Assembly (NCBI GenBank): GCA_965220255.1
Contig: OZ244816.1
Location: 779,720 to 843,719, forward strand
Length of the DNA stretch: 64,000 nt
Origin: Dehalococcoidia bacterium
GTDB lineage: Bacteria > Chloroflexota > Dehalococcoidia > Lucifugimonadales > VXLM01
Direction of reading: 5' to 3'
The position numbers were made by a program, and so were the translations under genes. The notes below the pieces were generated by a model that saw only the letters and a list, made by a program, of their open reading frames with translations, ran no database searches and was not told the DNA's origin. This document shows, one piece after another, positions 1 through 8,196 of the stretch (position 1 is the stretch's first letter; each line of letters begins with the position of its first letter).

Positions 1-1
1 C

Positions 2-568
2 TTCCTGCTGGGCTTTTTCCTGCGCGCACTGGGGCTGATCCTCGTCGGCGCGGGCCTGTATCGCGCCGGGTTCATGGACGGTGGCCTGCCCGCAGGGACG
101 TATCGCCGAATCGCAGTGATCGGGCTTGCCGTCGGCCTGCCGCTTGCCGCCGCGGGCGTCATCATTACCGCGATGAACGACTACTCGCGTGAGATCGCCT
201 TCATCGGCCAGATTCCCAACACGTTGGGGACGATTCCCGCCTCGCTGGGATACATGAGTCTCATCATCCTCTGGAACAAAGGCACGGACAACTGGTTCAA
301 GGAGCGTCTACGGGCGGTAGGAAGAACGGCGCTGACGAACTACCTGGCTCAGACGGTGCTGGGAGTGCTTGTTTTGACGGTATTGCTGGGTGACGTGGAC
401 TTTGTGAGCCGGAGCGTCGTGTTGGCTTTCGTTTTCGGGGTGTGGGTGCTGCAAGTATGGTGGTCGCGGGCGTGGTTGAGTCGCTTCCTGTTTGGGCCGG
501 CAGAGTGGGTCTGGCGAGTGGCTACGTATCGAAGGGGACAGCCGCTTCGGCGTCGGAGGGAGTCGTGA
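2..568 (+). CDS. DUF418 (YeiB-like) membrane protein, C-terminal part; 5' end outside window
   Basis: Frame open from nt 2 (FLLGFFLRALG...) into ORF 74..568; hydrophobic; C-terminal ...TNYLAQTVL...FGPAEWVWRVATYRR signature typical of DUF418. Confidence 0.6.
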   Translation, partial: FLLGFFLRALGLILVGAGLYRAGFMDGGLPAGTYRRIAVIGLAVGLPLAAAGVIITAMNDYSREIAFIGQIPNTLGTIPASLGYMSLIILWNKGTDNWFKERLRAVGRTALTNYLAQTVLGVLVLTVLLGDVDFVSRSVVLAFVFGVWVLQVWWSRAWLSRFLFGPAEWVWRVATYRRGQPLRRRRES

Positions 569-605
569 GGCGCATCGGGGGTTAGTCAGACATTGAGTCG
601 TTCGA

Positions 606-631
606 CCCTTCGACAGGCTCAGGGTGAACGG
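606..631. repeat. REP-D copy (cccttcgacaggctcagggtgaacgg)
   Basis: Same ~26-nt motif recurs at 6993, 14545, 15911, 17145. Confidence 0.7.
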
Positions 632-696
632 GGCTTCTATGCTCGGGGGGAACCGAGGAGTTAACCGCAGAGAACGCGAAGGGCGCAAAGGGGGGA

Positions 697-722
697 GGGC
701 AACCACAAGGGTTGCCCCTACG
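697..722. repeat. REP-E hairpin (gggcaacc-acaag-ggttgccc + ctacg)
   Basis: Near-identical copies at 5256 and 28855, variant at 11048. Confidence 0.7.
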
Positions 723-753
723 TGGGGTTCTTGGTGAGGGGGATGAAAAGGCC

Positions 754-1719
754 TTAGGTGACGACGTTGTTGGGGCGGCCTTCGAGGAAGGCAATGACGT
801 TGGTTACGGCGCCCTCGTTGAGTAGCTCGATGCCTTCGGGGGTCTGGTCGGCTAGGTGGGGAGTGAGGACGACCTGATCGCAGCCCAGGATGGGATGGTC
901 AGCGGGGAGAGGTTCCTCTGAGAAGACGTCGAGGCCGGCCCCGGCAAGGTGTCCCGATTTGAGGGCATCGACGAGTGCGGTGTCGTCGACAAGCTCGCCG
1001 CGTCCGCCGTTGATGAGGAGTGCGCCTGGCTTCATCAGGCCAAGCTCACGGGGACCGATGATGTGATGGCTGTCAGGGCTGAGGCGGACGTGGAGGCTGA
1101 CGACGTCGGACTGCTTCAGGAGATCGTCGAGGTCGACGAACTCGACGCCGAGTTCCTTGGCTCGTTCGGGTGAGGGGTTGAAGGTCCATGCTAGGCACTT
1201 CATGCCTATGGCGTTGGCGATGCGGGCGACCTCGCGTCCGACGTTGCCGGCGCCGACGATGCCGATGGTGTTGCCCTGCAGCGTCACGTTCTGCATGAGG
1301 GTCCAGCGACCGGCCTTGAGCTCGATGGTCTGGAAGGCGGCTCGCTTGGCGGCGGCGAACATGAGGCCGACGATGTGCTCAGCGACTACCGGGGCGGTGC
1401 GTCCGGGCTGGTTGCTGACGACGATGCCGAGCTCACGGGCCACGTCGATATCGATCATGTCGACGCCGATGGAGCAGGTGGCGATCATCCGCAGGTTGGG
1501 CAGTGCTCGCAGGGCTTCGGCGGGCCACTTGACGGCGCCGCGCGTGTTGATGATGACGTGGGCGTCGCGCGCCCGTTCAAGCTGGTCTTCCATGCTCGAA
1601 GGACGGTCGAGGTAGAGGTCGACATCTCCGTAGGGATCCAGACGTTCGAGGTGAGGCGAGCCTTGAATCTGCGGCGGGTTGTCGCCGGGGACGACGAATT
1701 TGAGGCGGGTGTCTGTCAT
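754..1719 (-). CDS. D-isomer-specific 2-hydroxyacid dehydrogenase family, NAD-binding
   Basis: 321-aa ORF; GIVGAGNVGREVA dinucleotide fold; overall PGDH/GyaR-like pattern. Confidence 0.85.
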   Translation of the reverse strand: MTDTRLKFVVPGDNPPQIQGSPHLERLDPYGDVDLYLDRPSSMEDQLERARDAHVIINTRGAVKWPAEALRALPNLRMIATCSIGVDMIDIDVARELGIVVSNQPGRTAPVVAEHIVGLMFAAAKRAAFQTIELKAGRWTLMQNVTLQGNTIGIVGAGNVGREVARIANAIGMKCLAWTFNPSPERAKELGVEFVDLDDLLKQSDVVSLHVRLSPDSHHIIGPRELGLMKPGALLINGGRGELVDDTALVDALKSGHLAGAGLDVFSEEPLPADHPILGCDQVVLTPHLADQTPEGIELLNEGAVTNVIAFLEGRPNNVVT

Positions 1720-1730
1720 GGCGTTAGGCG

Positions 1731-2405
1731 TCAGTTAGCCGCAGTCAGATCCTTGAGCACGTTCTCCCATTCGGCAGGACTGCCCTGTCCGAAGCCGGAA
1801 CGGTAGACAATTACGCCGTTTCCGTCGATGGCGACCTTAGTGGACTGTCGGGTGACGTTGAAGTCTTCAATCATGTTATCGCTTGGCGTCGCCACTTCTC
1901 CAACATGCCCACTCCTGTTCTGGGCCGCCGACAGGATGTCCAGAGATTCATTAAACGCGACGGCGTAGAGATCGACCGAGTCCTCAAAGGGCGGATACAC
2001 GGTGGTCAAGCCCCGCAACGCGGAGCGACAGTCCGATCACCAGGTGGCGTGGAACAGGATGAATACCGGTTTCCCCTCGGACACGAGATCGGTCGAGTTG
2101 ACGGACCGGTCGCCAGTGAGGGCCAGCATGTAGTCGGGCGCGCGGTCGCCGACACGGTGTCCGACGGGGACGGTTTCCTCGGAAGGCGCGGGCGCAGGAG
2201 CCGCAGTTGGTTCAGGAGCGGCCGCGGGCGGCGGGGAAGTCTGCGCTGCGGGTGGAGGAGGCGCAGACGCCGGTGAGGTCGCAGTCGTGTCGGCGGGTTG
2301 GGACTCGCTGGAAGAACCGGAGTCGCTTCCGCATGCGACAGCGGCGAGCAAAGAAAGCGCCGCGACAGAGACAACGACGTATCGAATGGTGGTTACGCGG
2401 TTCAT
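1731..2405 (-). CDS. TlpA/ResA-like thioredoxin-fold lipoprotein, predicted selenoprotein (Sec = TGA 2037..2039, motif W-U-S-D-C)
   Basis: ORFs 2037..2405 and 1731..2018 share one frame and are joined only by TGA. Lipobox LAAVAC-G. ...GKPVFILFHATW-[TGA]-SDC sits at the W-C-x-x-C position. The rest of the thioredoxin fold continues after the TGA. A hairpin lies 10 nt downstream. Confidence 0.7.
2010..2036 (-). other. Putative bacterial SECIS element (10-nt spacer + hairpin gcuccgc-guu-gcggggc)
   Basis: Immediately 3' of TGA 2037..2039; 26 nt identical to the paralogue at 2867..2892; 7-bp stem, G/U apical loop. Confidence 0.55.
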
Positions 2406-2434
2406 GGCGATGTCACCTCCACGATCTTGTTAGT

Positions 2435-2487
2435 GGATTCCCGCCCCGTATCGAGTACGGGGTGACGTTCTTCCGGGGGAATGACGG
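2435..2487. repeat. REP-A hairpin, long variant (ggattcccgc-[ccccgta..tacgggg]-..gggggaatgacgg)
   Basis: Same nested form at 3784 and 49686; short form at about 15 other sites. Confidence 0.75.
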
Positions 2488-2535
2488 CATGGGGGCTGTG
2501 TTCTCGGACATGCACATCATGCCTCCAGTCTTTCC

Positions 2536-2562
2536 GGATACCGGCCTCCGCCGGTATGGCGG
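2536..2562. repeat. REP-A variant (ggataccggc-ctcc-gccggtatggcgg)
   Basis: Same architecture as 18611, 40793. Confidence 0.65.
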
Positions 2563-2584
2563 TAGTGATCCTTGCAAGCGTCTC

Positions 2585-3688
2585 CTATTGTACGCTGTTG
2601 GCCAGTTCTTGGAGGACGGCGGCCCACTCGGCCGGGCTGCCTCGTCCGTAGCCGCTACGGTAAGTGATTACGCCGTTCCCGTCGATGGCCACCTTGGTGG
2701 ACTGCTGCGTCACTCTGAAGTCTCTGACCATGTTCCCCACAGCCCTGGCCACCGTACCGGCATGACCGCTCTCGTTCTGGTAGGACTGCAGAACGCTGAG
2801 AGGCTCGTCGAAGGCCACGGCGTAGAGGGCCACCTTGTCCTTGAACTGTGGATAGATCTCCGTCAGGCCCCGCAACGCGGAGCGACAGTCCGGTCACCAC
2901 GTTGCGTGGAACAGGATGAAGACGGGCTTCCCCTGCGCCACAAGGTCGGTGGAACTTACCTGGCTGCCTCCCGCAATGTTCAGGACATAGTCGGGAGCGA
3001 GATTGCCGACATTCGTGCCGGGCTGGGCAGTGACGGCAGATCGAGTCGGCTCAGGTTCCGGAACGGAAGTGGGAGTCGGCGGGACGGGCGTATACGTCGG
3101 GGTGGGCGGCACGGGCGTGTTCGTGGGTGTCGGAGGGACAGGCGTCGGAGTCGGAGGCAGCGGAGTTGGAGTAATCGTAGGCGTGGACGTGGACGTCGGA
3201 GTAGGCGTGCGAGTCGGCCTTGGGGTAAACGTGGGAATGAATGTCGCCGTAGCGGTTGGGGTGGGCTCGGCCGCGGCCTGTCCGTCCGATGTCGATGCGG
3301 GCACTGTGGGCGGGACTGACGTGGGCGTTGCCGTGGGAACAGGTGTTGAAGTTGGTAAGACAGGCGTCGCGGTTGAAGTGGAAGTGGGGACCGTCGTCGG
3401 CGTGGCTGTCGACGGCTCCGTGGTTGCGGTGGGTTCAGGCGTTGGGGGCGTCGTTGGAGTTGGGACCGGAGCCGGGGTTGAGGTCGGCGGCTGAGGCGTC
3501 GGTTCCGTGGTAGCCGTGGGTTCCGGCGTGTTGGTTGGTATTGCTGTAGGAACGGACTGCGCTAGAGGGGTAGCCGGTTCGTCGGCGCTCTCCTCAGGGG
3601 CACTGTCGGACTCGCCGCCGCAAGCAATGACGGCCACCGTCAACATGGTCAGCAGCCAATAGACCGATATGTGGATGAAGCGCTTCAT
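2585..3688 (-). CDS. TlpA/ResA-like thioredoxin-fold lipoprotein with long Pro/Thr linker, predicted selenoprotein (Sec = TGA 2894..2896, motif W-U-P-D-C)
   Basis: ORFs 2894..3688 and 2585..2875 share one frame and are joined only by TGA. Lipobox AVIAC-G. ...GKPVFILFHATW-[TGA]-PDC. The C-terminal half is homologous to the copy at 1731..2018. Confidence 0.7.
2867..2893 (-). other. Putative bacterial SECIS element (same hairpin as 2010..2036)
   Basis: Block cggactgtcgctccgcgttgcggggc is identical in both paralogues while flanking codons differ at wobble positions. Confidence 0.55.
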
Positions 3689-3783
3689 TGAGTCCCGTCT
3701 CTAACGTTACGTTACCACTCGATTATACCGAGGGAAGGCTTAAAAAGTGAAAAGTTGGTAAACAGAGGGTGCATTCTGAAGAT

Positions 3784-3836
3784 GGATTCCCGCCCCGTAT
3801 CGTGGTACGGGGTGACGTTCTTTCGCGGGAATGACG
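3784..3836. repeat. REP-A hairpin, long variant
   Basis: ggattcccgccccgtatcgtggtacggggtgacgttctttcgcgggaatgacg. Confidence 0.75.
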
Positions 3837-3936
3837 ATATGGGGATGGTGGAGTGGCGGCTTGGAAGGGAGCGGGGAGTCACCTATAATACGGTGCGCGA
3901 ACGGGACGATTCCCCGCGACGATGAGGTGATACCAG

Positions 3937-5130
3937 ATGAGCAGCGTACCCGAATCGAAGGTTCCTGTGATGCCGCCGCGTATTTTGCTGGGGCCCGGGC
4001 CGAGCAATACGAGCCCGCGTGTTCTGCAGGCAATGATGTCGCCGATGATCGGGTATGCAGACCCGGACTTCATGGTCGTGCTGGACGAGTTGTCGGATCT
4101 GCTGCGTCAGGTATTCCGCACCGAAGAGGGACTGGCCATAGCACTGCCGGGAACGGGCAGCGCGGGAATGCAGGCGGGGCTGAACAGCCTGTTGGAACCG
4201 GGCGATACGGTGGTGATCTGCTCATGCGGTTACTTCGGGGAGCGGATGGCGGATATGGCAGAGAGGCTTGGGGCCAACGCCGTCGTGCTGCGCGGCGAGT
4301 GGGGTGAACCTTTCCCGCCGGAGATGCTGGCAGAGGAGCTAGACCGGCAGGATAAGGTAAAGCTGGTGGCGGTGGTCCACGCGGAGACCTCGACCGGCGT
4401 GCTGCAGCCATTGGATGAGATTGCCGGGTTGGCGAAGGCGCATGGCGCGTTGCTGATGGTGGACGCGGTGACGTCGCTGGGGGGGAGTGAACTCGCGTTC
4501 GACGATCTGGGCATCGACTACGCGTACTCGTGCAGCCAGAAATGCCTGGGTGCGCCGCCGGGAATAGGGCCGGTGGCGGTCGGTCCGCGGGCGCTTGAGG
4601 TGATCGAATCACGGACGACGAAGCCGCCGTCGTGGTACCTCGACCTTGGGCTGATCGCGAAGTACTGGGGACCGGAGCACGTGTACCATCACACGGCGCC
4701 GGTGAGCATGATATTGGGGCTGCGTGAGGCGCTGCGGATCGTGCTGGAAGAGGGTCTCGAAAGCAGGGTGGCTCGTCACCAACGGAACTCGGCGGCGCTG
4801 CGCGCGGGCGTCTCGGCACTGGGCCTTGATTTTCTTGTGCCGGAATCGTACCGGCTCGATCAGATTACTGCGGTGAAGATCCCTGAAGGAGTCGATGACG
4901 CGACGGTGCGGCAACGTCTGTTGAAGGAGCACACGATAGAGATCGGCAAGGGTTTCGGGCCGTTCGACGGGAACGTGTGGCGGATCGGGCTGATGGGCGA
5001 GTCGAGCAAGGCGGAGTACCTGCTGGCTCTGCTTTCGGGCCTGGAGGGGATATTACCGGACGAGGGGTACGAGGTCGCGCAAGGTGCGGCAGTGTCGGCG
5101 GCGAGCAGGTATCTGTCGGAGGCGACGTAA
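3937..5130 (+). CDS. Class V aminotransferase (alanine-glyoxylate / serine-pyruvate aminotransferase family)
   Basis: 397 aa; PLP-lysine context SCSQKCLGAPPG; RBS gaggtga upstream. Confidence 0.85.
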   Translation: MSSVPESKVPVMPPRILLGPGPSNTSPRVLQAMMSPMIGYADPDFMVVLDELSDLLRQVFRTEEGLAIALPGTGSAGMQAGLNSLLEPGDTVVICSCGYFGERMADMAERLGANAVVLRGEWGEPFPPEMLAEELDRQDKVKLVAVVHAETSTGVLQPLDEIAGLAKAHGALLMVDAVTSLGGSELAFDDLGIDYAYSCSQKCLGAPPGIGPVAVGPRALEVIESRTTKPPSWYLDLGLIAKYWGPEHVYHHTAPVSMILGLREALRIVLEEGLESRVARHQRNSAALRAGVSALGLDFLVPESYRLDQITAVKIPEGVDDATVRQRLLKEHTIEIGKGFGPFDGNVWRIGLMGESSKAEYLLALLSGLEGILPDEGYEVAQGAAVSAASRYLSEAT

Positions 5131-5134
5131 GAGG

Positions 5135-5170
5135 GGATTCACCACAGAGGGCGCGGAGAACGCAGAGGGG
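5135..5170. repeat. REP-G copy (ggattcaccacagagggcgcggagaacgcagagggg)
   Basis: Related copies at 10864, 15795, 33294; usually directly followed by REP-A. Confidence 0.65.
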
Positions 5171-5175
5171 GAGAT

Positions 5176-5200
5176 GGATTCCCGCTTTCGCGGGAATGAC
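5176..5200. repeat. REP-A hairpin (ggattcccgc-tttc-gcgggaatgac)
   Basis: Perfect 10-bp stem, 4-nt loop. Confidence 0.8.
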
Positions 5201-5255
5201 CATGGCCTTGCTCAAGGCTACATGAGGGTACGTAAATTGGGTTTACGCCGAGGAC

Positions 5256-5281
5256 GGGCAACCACAAGGGTTGCCCCTACG
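5256..5281. repeat. REP-E hairpin
   Basis: gggcaaccacaagggttgcccctacg, identical to 697..722. Confidence 0.75.
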
Positions 5282-5351
5282 ACGGGTTCGCCGGGGCCTA
5301 TTTTCATAGCAATGACGGGTTTGGTCAATATTACTGAGAAGAGGACAATCG

Positions 5352-6101
5352 ATGTCGAGATTTGAAGAACAGGTGGCGATAGTGACGGGGGCGGGCGAAG
5401 GGCTCGGGTTTGGAATCGCCCAGCGGCTTGGGAGCGAAGGGGCGAGGATCACCATCGTCGATATGAACGCGGACGTGGCGGAGCAGGCGTCGCAGGCGCT
5501 GGCGGAGCAGGGTGTGGACTCGGAGATCGTGCTGGGGGACGTGGGGGACGACGAGACGGCGCAGCAGGCGGCCAAGCAGGCCATCGACCGGTGGGGACGG
5601 ATAGACATTCTGGTGAATAACGCGGGGATCGCGGGCCACTCGGCGAGCGTCTGGGAGCTGCCGCTCGAGGAGATGGACCGGGTGTACCGGACGAACCTGC
5701 GGGGTGTGTACTCGTTCTGCCACTACGTCATCCCGCACATGATCGAACGGGACTATGGACGGGTCATCAACATCGCGTCGATCGCGGGCAAGGAGGGCAA
5801 CCCGAAGGCGGTGCCCTACTCGGCGACGAAGGCGGGCGTAATCGGGCTGACGAAGTCCGTGGGCAAGGAGCTTGCGTCGACGGGCATCCGGGTGAACTGC
5901 ATCACGCCCGCAGTGGTGCGGACACGCATCCTGGAACAGCTTACCCAACAGCACATCGACTACATGATCTCCAAGATACCCATGGGGCGAACAGGCGAAG
6001 TGGAGGAGGTGGCGGCGCTGGTCGCGTGGCTGGCGTCGGAGGAGTGCTCGTTCAGCACGGGCGCGGTGTTCGACATCAGCGGCGGAAGGGCGACGTACTG
6101 A
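5352..6101 (+). CDS. SDR family oxidoreductase (FabG-like)
   Basis: TGAGEGLGFG cofactor motif, YSATKAG catalytic Y-x3-K. Confidence 0.85.
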   Translation: MSRFEEQVAIVTGAGEGLGFGIAQRLGSEGARITIVDMNADVAEQASQALAEQGVDSEIVLGDVGDDETAQQAAKQAIDRWGRIDILVNNAGIAGHSASVWELPLEEMDRVYRTNLRGVYSFCHYVIPHMIERDYGRVINIASIAGKEGNPKAVPYSATKAGVIGLTKSVGKELASTGIRVNCITPAVVRTRILEQLTQQHIDYMISKIPMGRTGEVEEVAALVAWLASEECSFSTGAVFDISGGRATY

Positions 6102-6988
6102 TGGATTCCGCGACGATGAAGGGTCTGTTCCCCATACTTGCGACGCCGTTTGACGACTCTGACCGGATAGACGAGGAGGACCTGCGCCGTGAGGTGGACT
6201 TCGTCATCGAGAATGGGGTGCACGGGGTTGGTATCGCGTTCGCAAGCGAGGTGGTGAAGCTGTCGGAGGCCGAACGTGACGTGGCGATACGGACGGTTGT
6301 GGAGCAGGCGGCGGGTAGAGTGCCCGTGGTGGTGAACACGGGAGCGCCCAGCACGGCTGTGACCGTCCAGTACAGCCGACGGGCTGAGGAGCTCGGCGCG
6401 GACGCCTCGATGGTCACGCCACCGGTGGGAGTATCCGCGGATGTCACGAAGGAGTACTATCGCCGGGTGTCGGACGCGACGACGATACCGATATTCATCC
6501 AGGACGTGCCGACTGCGGCGGTGTCGCCCGCTCTGGCGGGGGAGATGGCACGCGAGATCGAGGGCGTGCAGTACATCAAGGCGGAGAATCCGCCGACGCC
6601 TGCGAGCATCGCAGGGTTCGTGAAGGAGGGCGGTGACGCACTCACGGTGTTCGGAGGTGCGGGCGGGGCGTTCTTCGTGGAGGAGATGCGGCGAGGTTCG
6701 GTCGGAATCATGCCTCACGCGGCGTTCCCCGACCTGTTCCGCTCGGTATGGGACCTGTATCAGTCGGGCGATGATGCGGGAGCCGTGGAGGCGTTCAACC
6801 GCATGACGCCGCTGCTGCGGGTTATGACGCTTGGGGCTGGACCGTCGTCGCTGCACCTCGTCAAGGAGACGCTGCGGCTGCGCGGGGTGTTCACGTCGGT
6901 GAACGTGCGGCATCCGGATGTGCCGCCGAGCGAGTTCACGTACCGCGAGCTGCGGGAGGCTGTGGAGGCGGCGGGGGTGGTTGTTTAG
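6101..6988 (+). CDS. Dihydrodipicolinate synthase/N-acetylneuraminate lyase family (DapA-like) aldolase
   Basis: MDSATMKGLFPILATPFDD... start; ATG 6101 overlaps the TGA of the SDR gene (tgatg), suggesting coupling; the longer 6026 start overlaps the SDR gene and is rejected. Confidence 0.8.
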   Translation: MDSATMKGLFPILATPFDDSDRIDEEDLRREVDFVIENGVHGVGIAFASEVVKLSEAERDVAIRTVVEQAAGRVPVVVNTGAPSTAVTVQYSRRAEELGADASMVTPPVGVSADVTKEYYRRVSDATTIPIFIQDVPTAAVSPALAGEMAREIEGVQYIKAENPPTPASIAGFVKEGGDALTVFGGAGGAFFVEEMRRGSVGIMPHAAFPDLFRSVWDLYQSGDDAGAVEAFNRMTPLLRVMTLGAGPSSLHLVKETLRLRGVFTSVNVRHPDVPPSEFTYRELREAVEAAGVVV

Positions 6989-6992
6989 GAGG

Positions 6993-7019
6993 CCCTTCGA
7001 CGGGCTCAGGGGCGAACGG
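6993..7019. repeat. REP-D copy
   Basis: cccttcgacgggctcaggggcgaacgg. Confidence 0.65.
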
Positions 7020-7056
7020 TGGGATGGTACGGGCCGGCTCGCTCCCCCTCTCTGTA

Positions 7057-7079
7057 TCTCTCCCCCGGCGAGGGAGAGA
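7057..7079. repeat. REP-B hairpin (tctctccc-ccggcga-gggagaga), uninterrupted copy
   Basis: Same hairpin family that is split by the IS at 13071 and the MITE at 9477. Confidence 0.7.
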
Positions 7080-7113
7080 CCATGGGTAATGATCTAGCAA
7101 CTACCTCCATCGG

Positions 7114-8196
7114 CTAATCCAACTCCTCAATCACCAAGTCTGTAAAGCGAGTGGTCGACACCTCGGTCGATCCGGCAGAGACTATGTCCTTGGTTCTCCA
7201 CCCCGACGCTAGTGTGCGGTCTATTGCTCCATCCAACGAGTCCGCAAGTTTCGGGGCTTCTAAGCTATATCTGAGCATCAAGCTCACACAGTTGAGCATC
7301 CCGATCGGATTCGCGATGTCTCTTCCGGCGATATCAGGCGCGCTGCCATGAACGGGTTCGTAAAGGTGGATCCCTTTGCTACTAAGTGCTGCCGACGCGA
7401 CCAGACCCAATGATCCGGCGAAAACGCCGAGTTCATCTCCGAGGATGTCTCCGAACTGGTTTGTCGTTAAGATTACGTCGAAGTCGCTCGGAGAGAGAAT
7501 GAGCTTCAAGACTGCAGCGTCAATTATTTCTTGCTTGAACTCAACCGACCCATGCTCCTCTATCCGTCGACGGGCCACATCAAGGAACATTCTCGAAGTC
7601 TCTAGGACATTCGGCTTGGTAACAACAGTCACGAAGCCTCTTCGGTCCTGCGCCAAGCGACAGGCAACATCAGCTACTCGTTCAACAGTGGGGGATGTGT
7701 AGAACGCGGTGTCCACAGCGGTAACTACATTGCCTTGCTGAGTTCGCTGTTTGGGAGTCCCGTAGTAGACGTCTTCCAATAGCTCCCGCACGATTACGAT
7801 ATCGACCCCTCCGTCAAGATACTGTTCCTTGATTGGAATGACATCCATGAGTTCGGAGTACGTGCGAACGAACCGTAGATTCACATAGCATTCGAGTTCC
7901 TTCCTGAGGTCGATAAGCGCGTATTCAGGCCTATAGGGTATCTGTAGTTGATCCCACTTGGGTCCTCCTACAGACCCGAAAAGGACCGCGTCGGCTTGCT
8001 TACATATGGACAGGGATTCGGGAGGCAAAGGCATGCCCAATTCATCGATTGCGGTTCCTCCGATCAGAGCTTCCGTGAGGTCAAAACAGATTCCGTTTCG
8101 GTCACCCAGCACCTTGAGTACCCTCGTCGCGGCAGCCATGACTTCCGGCCCGATCCCATCGCCCGGTAGAACCGCAATTCTAGCTGTTGAATTCAT
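7114..8196 (-). CDS. leuB: 3-isopropylmalate dehydrogenase family (isocitrate/isopropylmalate/tartrate DH superfamily)
   Basis: ARIAVLPGDGIGPEVM...LFGSVGGPKWD N-terminal pattern typical of LeuB; G+C visibly lower than neighbours. Confidence 0.75.
   Translation of the reverse strand: MNSTARIAVLPGDGIGPEVMAAATRVLKVLGDRNGICFDLTEALIGGTAIDELGMPLPPESLSICKQADAVLFGSVGGPKWDQLQIPYRPEYALIDLRKELECYVNLRFVRTYSELMDVIPIKEQYLDGGVDIVIVRELLEDVYYGTPKQRTQQGNVVTAVDTAFYTSPTVERVADVACRLAQDRRGFVTVVTKPNVLETSRMFLDVARRRIEEHGSVEFKQEIIDAAVLKLILSPSDFDVILTTNQFGDILGDELGVFAGSLGLVASAALSSKGIHLYEPVHGSAPDIAGRDIANPIGMLNCVSLMLRYSLEAPKLADSLDGAIDRTLASGWRTKDIVSAGSTEVSTTRFTDLVIEELD

Noticed and set aside
3003-3494. 163-aa ORF rich in GVGVGG repeats on the plus strand.
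   Set aside because: It is the reverse complement of the Pro/Thr linker of the selenoprotein gene at 2585..3688, so it is a mirror image of a low-complexity coding region.
5331-6913. Long ORFs antisense to, or out of frame with, well-supported genes. Examples: 5331..5954(-), 5960..6913(-), 20663..21679(-), 30971..32365(-), 33469..34374(-), 38897..39919(-), 59605..60810(+), 10018..10836(+), 8404..9102(+).
   Set aside because: These are typical high-G+C artefacts. Their products are Arg/Pro/Gly/His-rich low-complexity sequences with no recognisable domains. Each fully overlaps a gene with clear family motifs on the other strand or frame.
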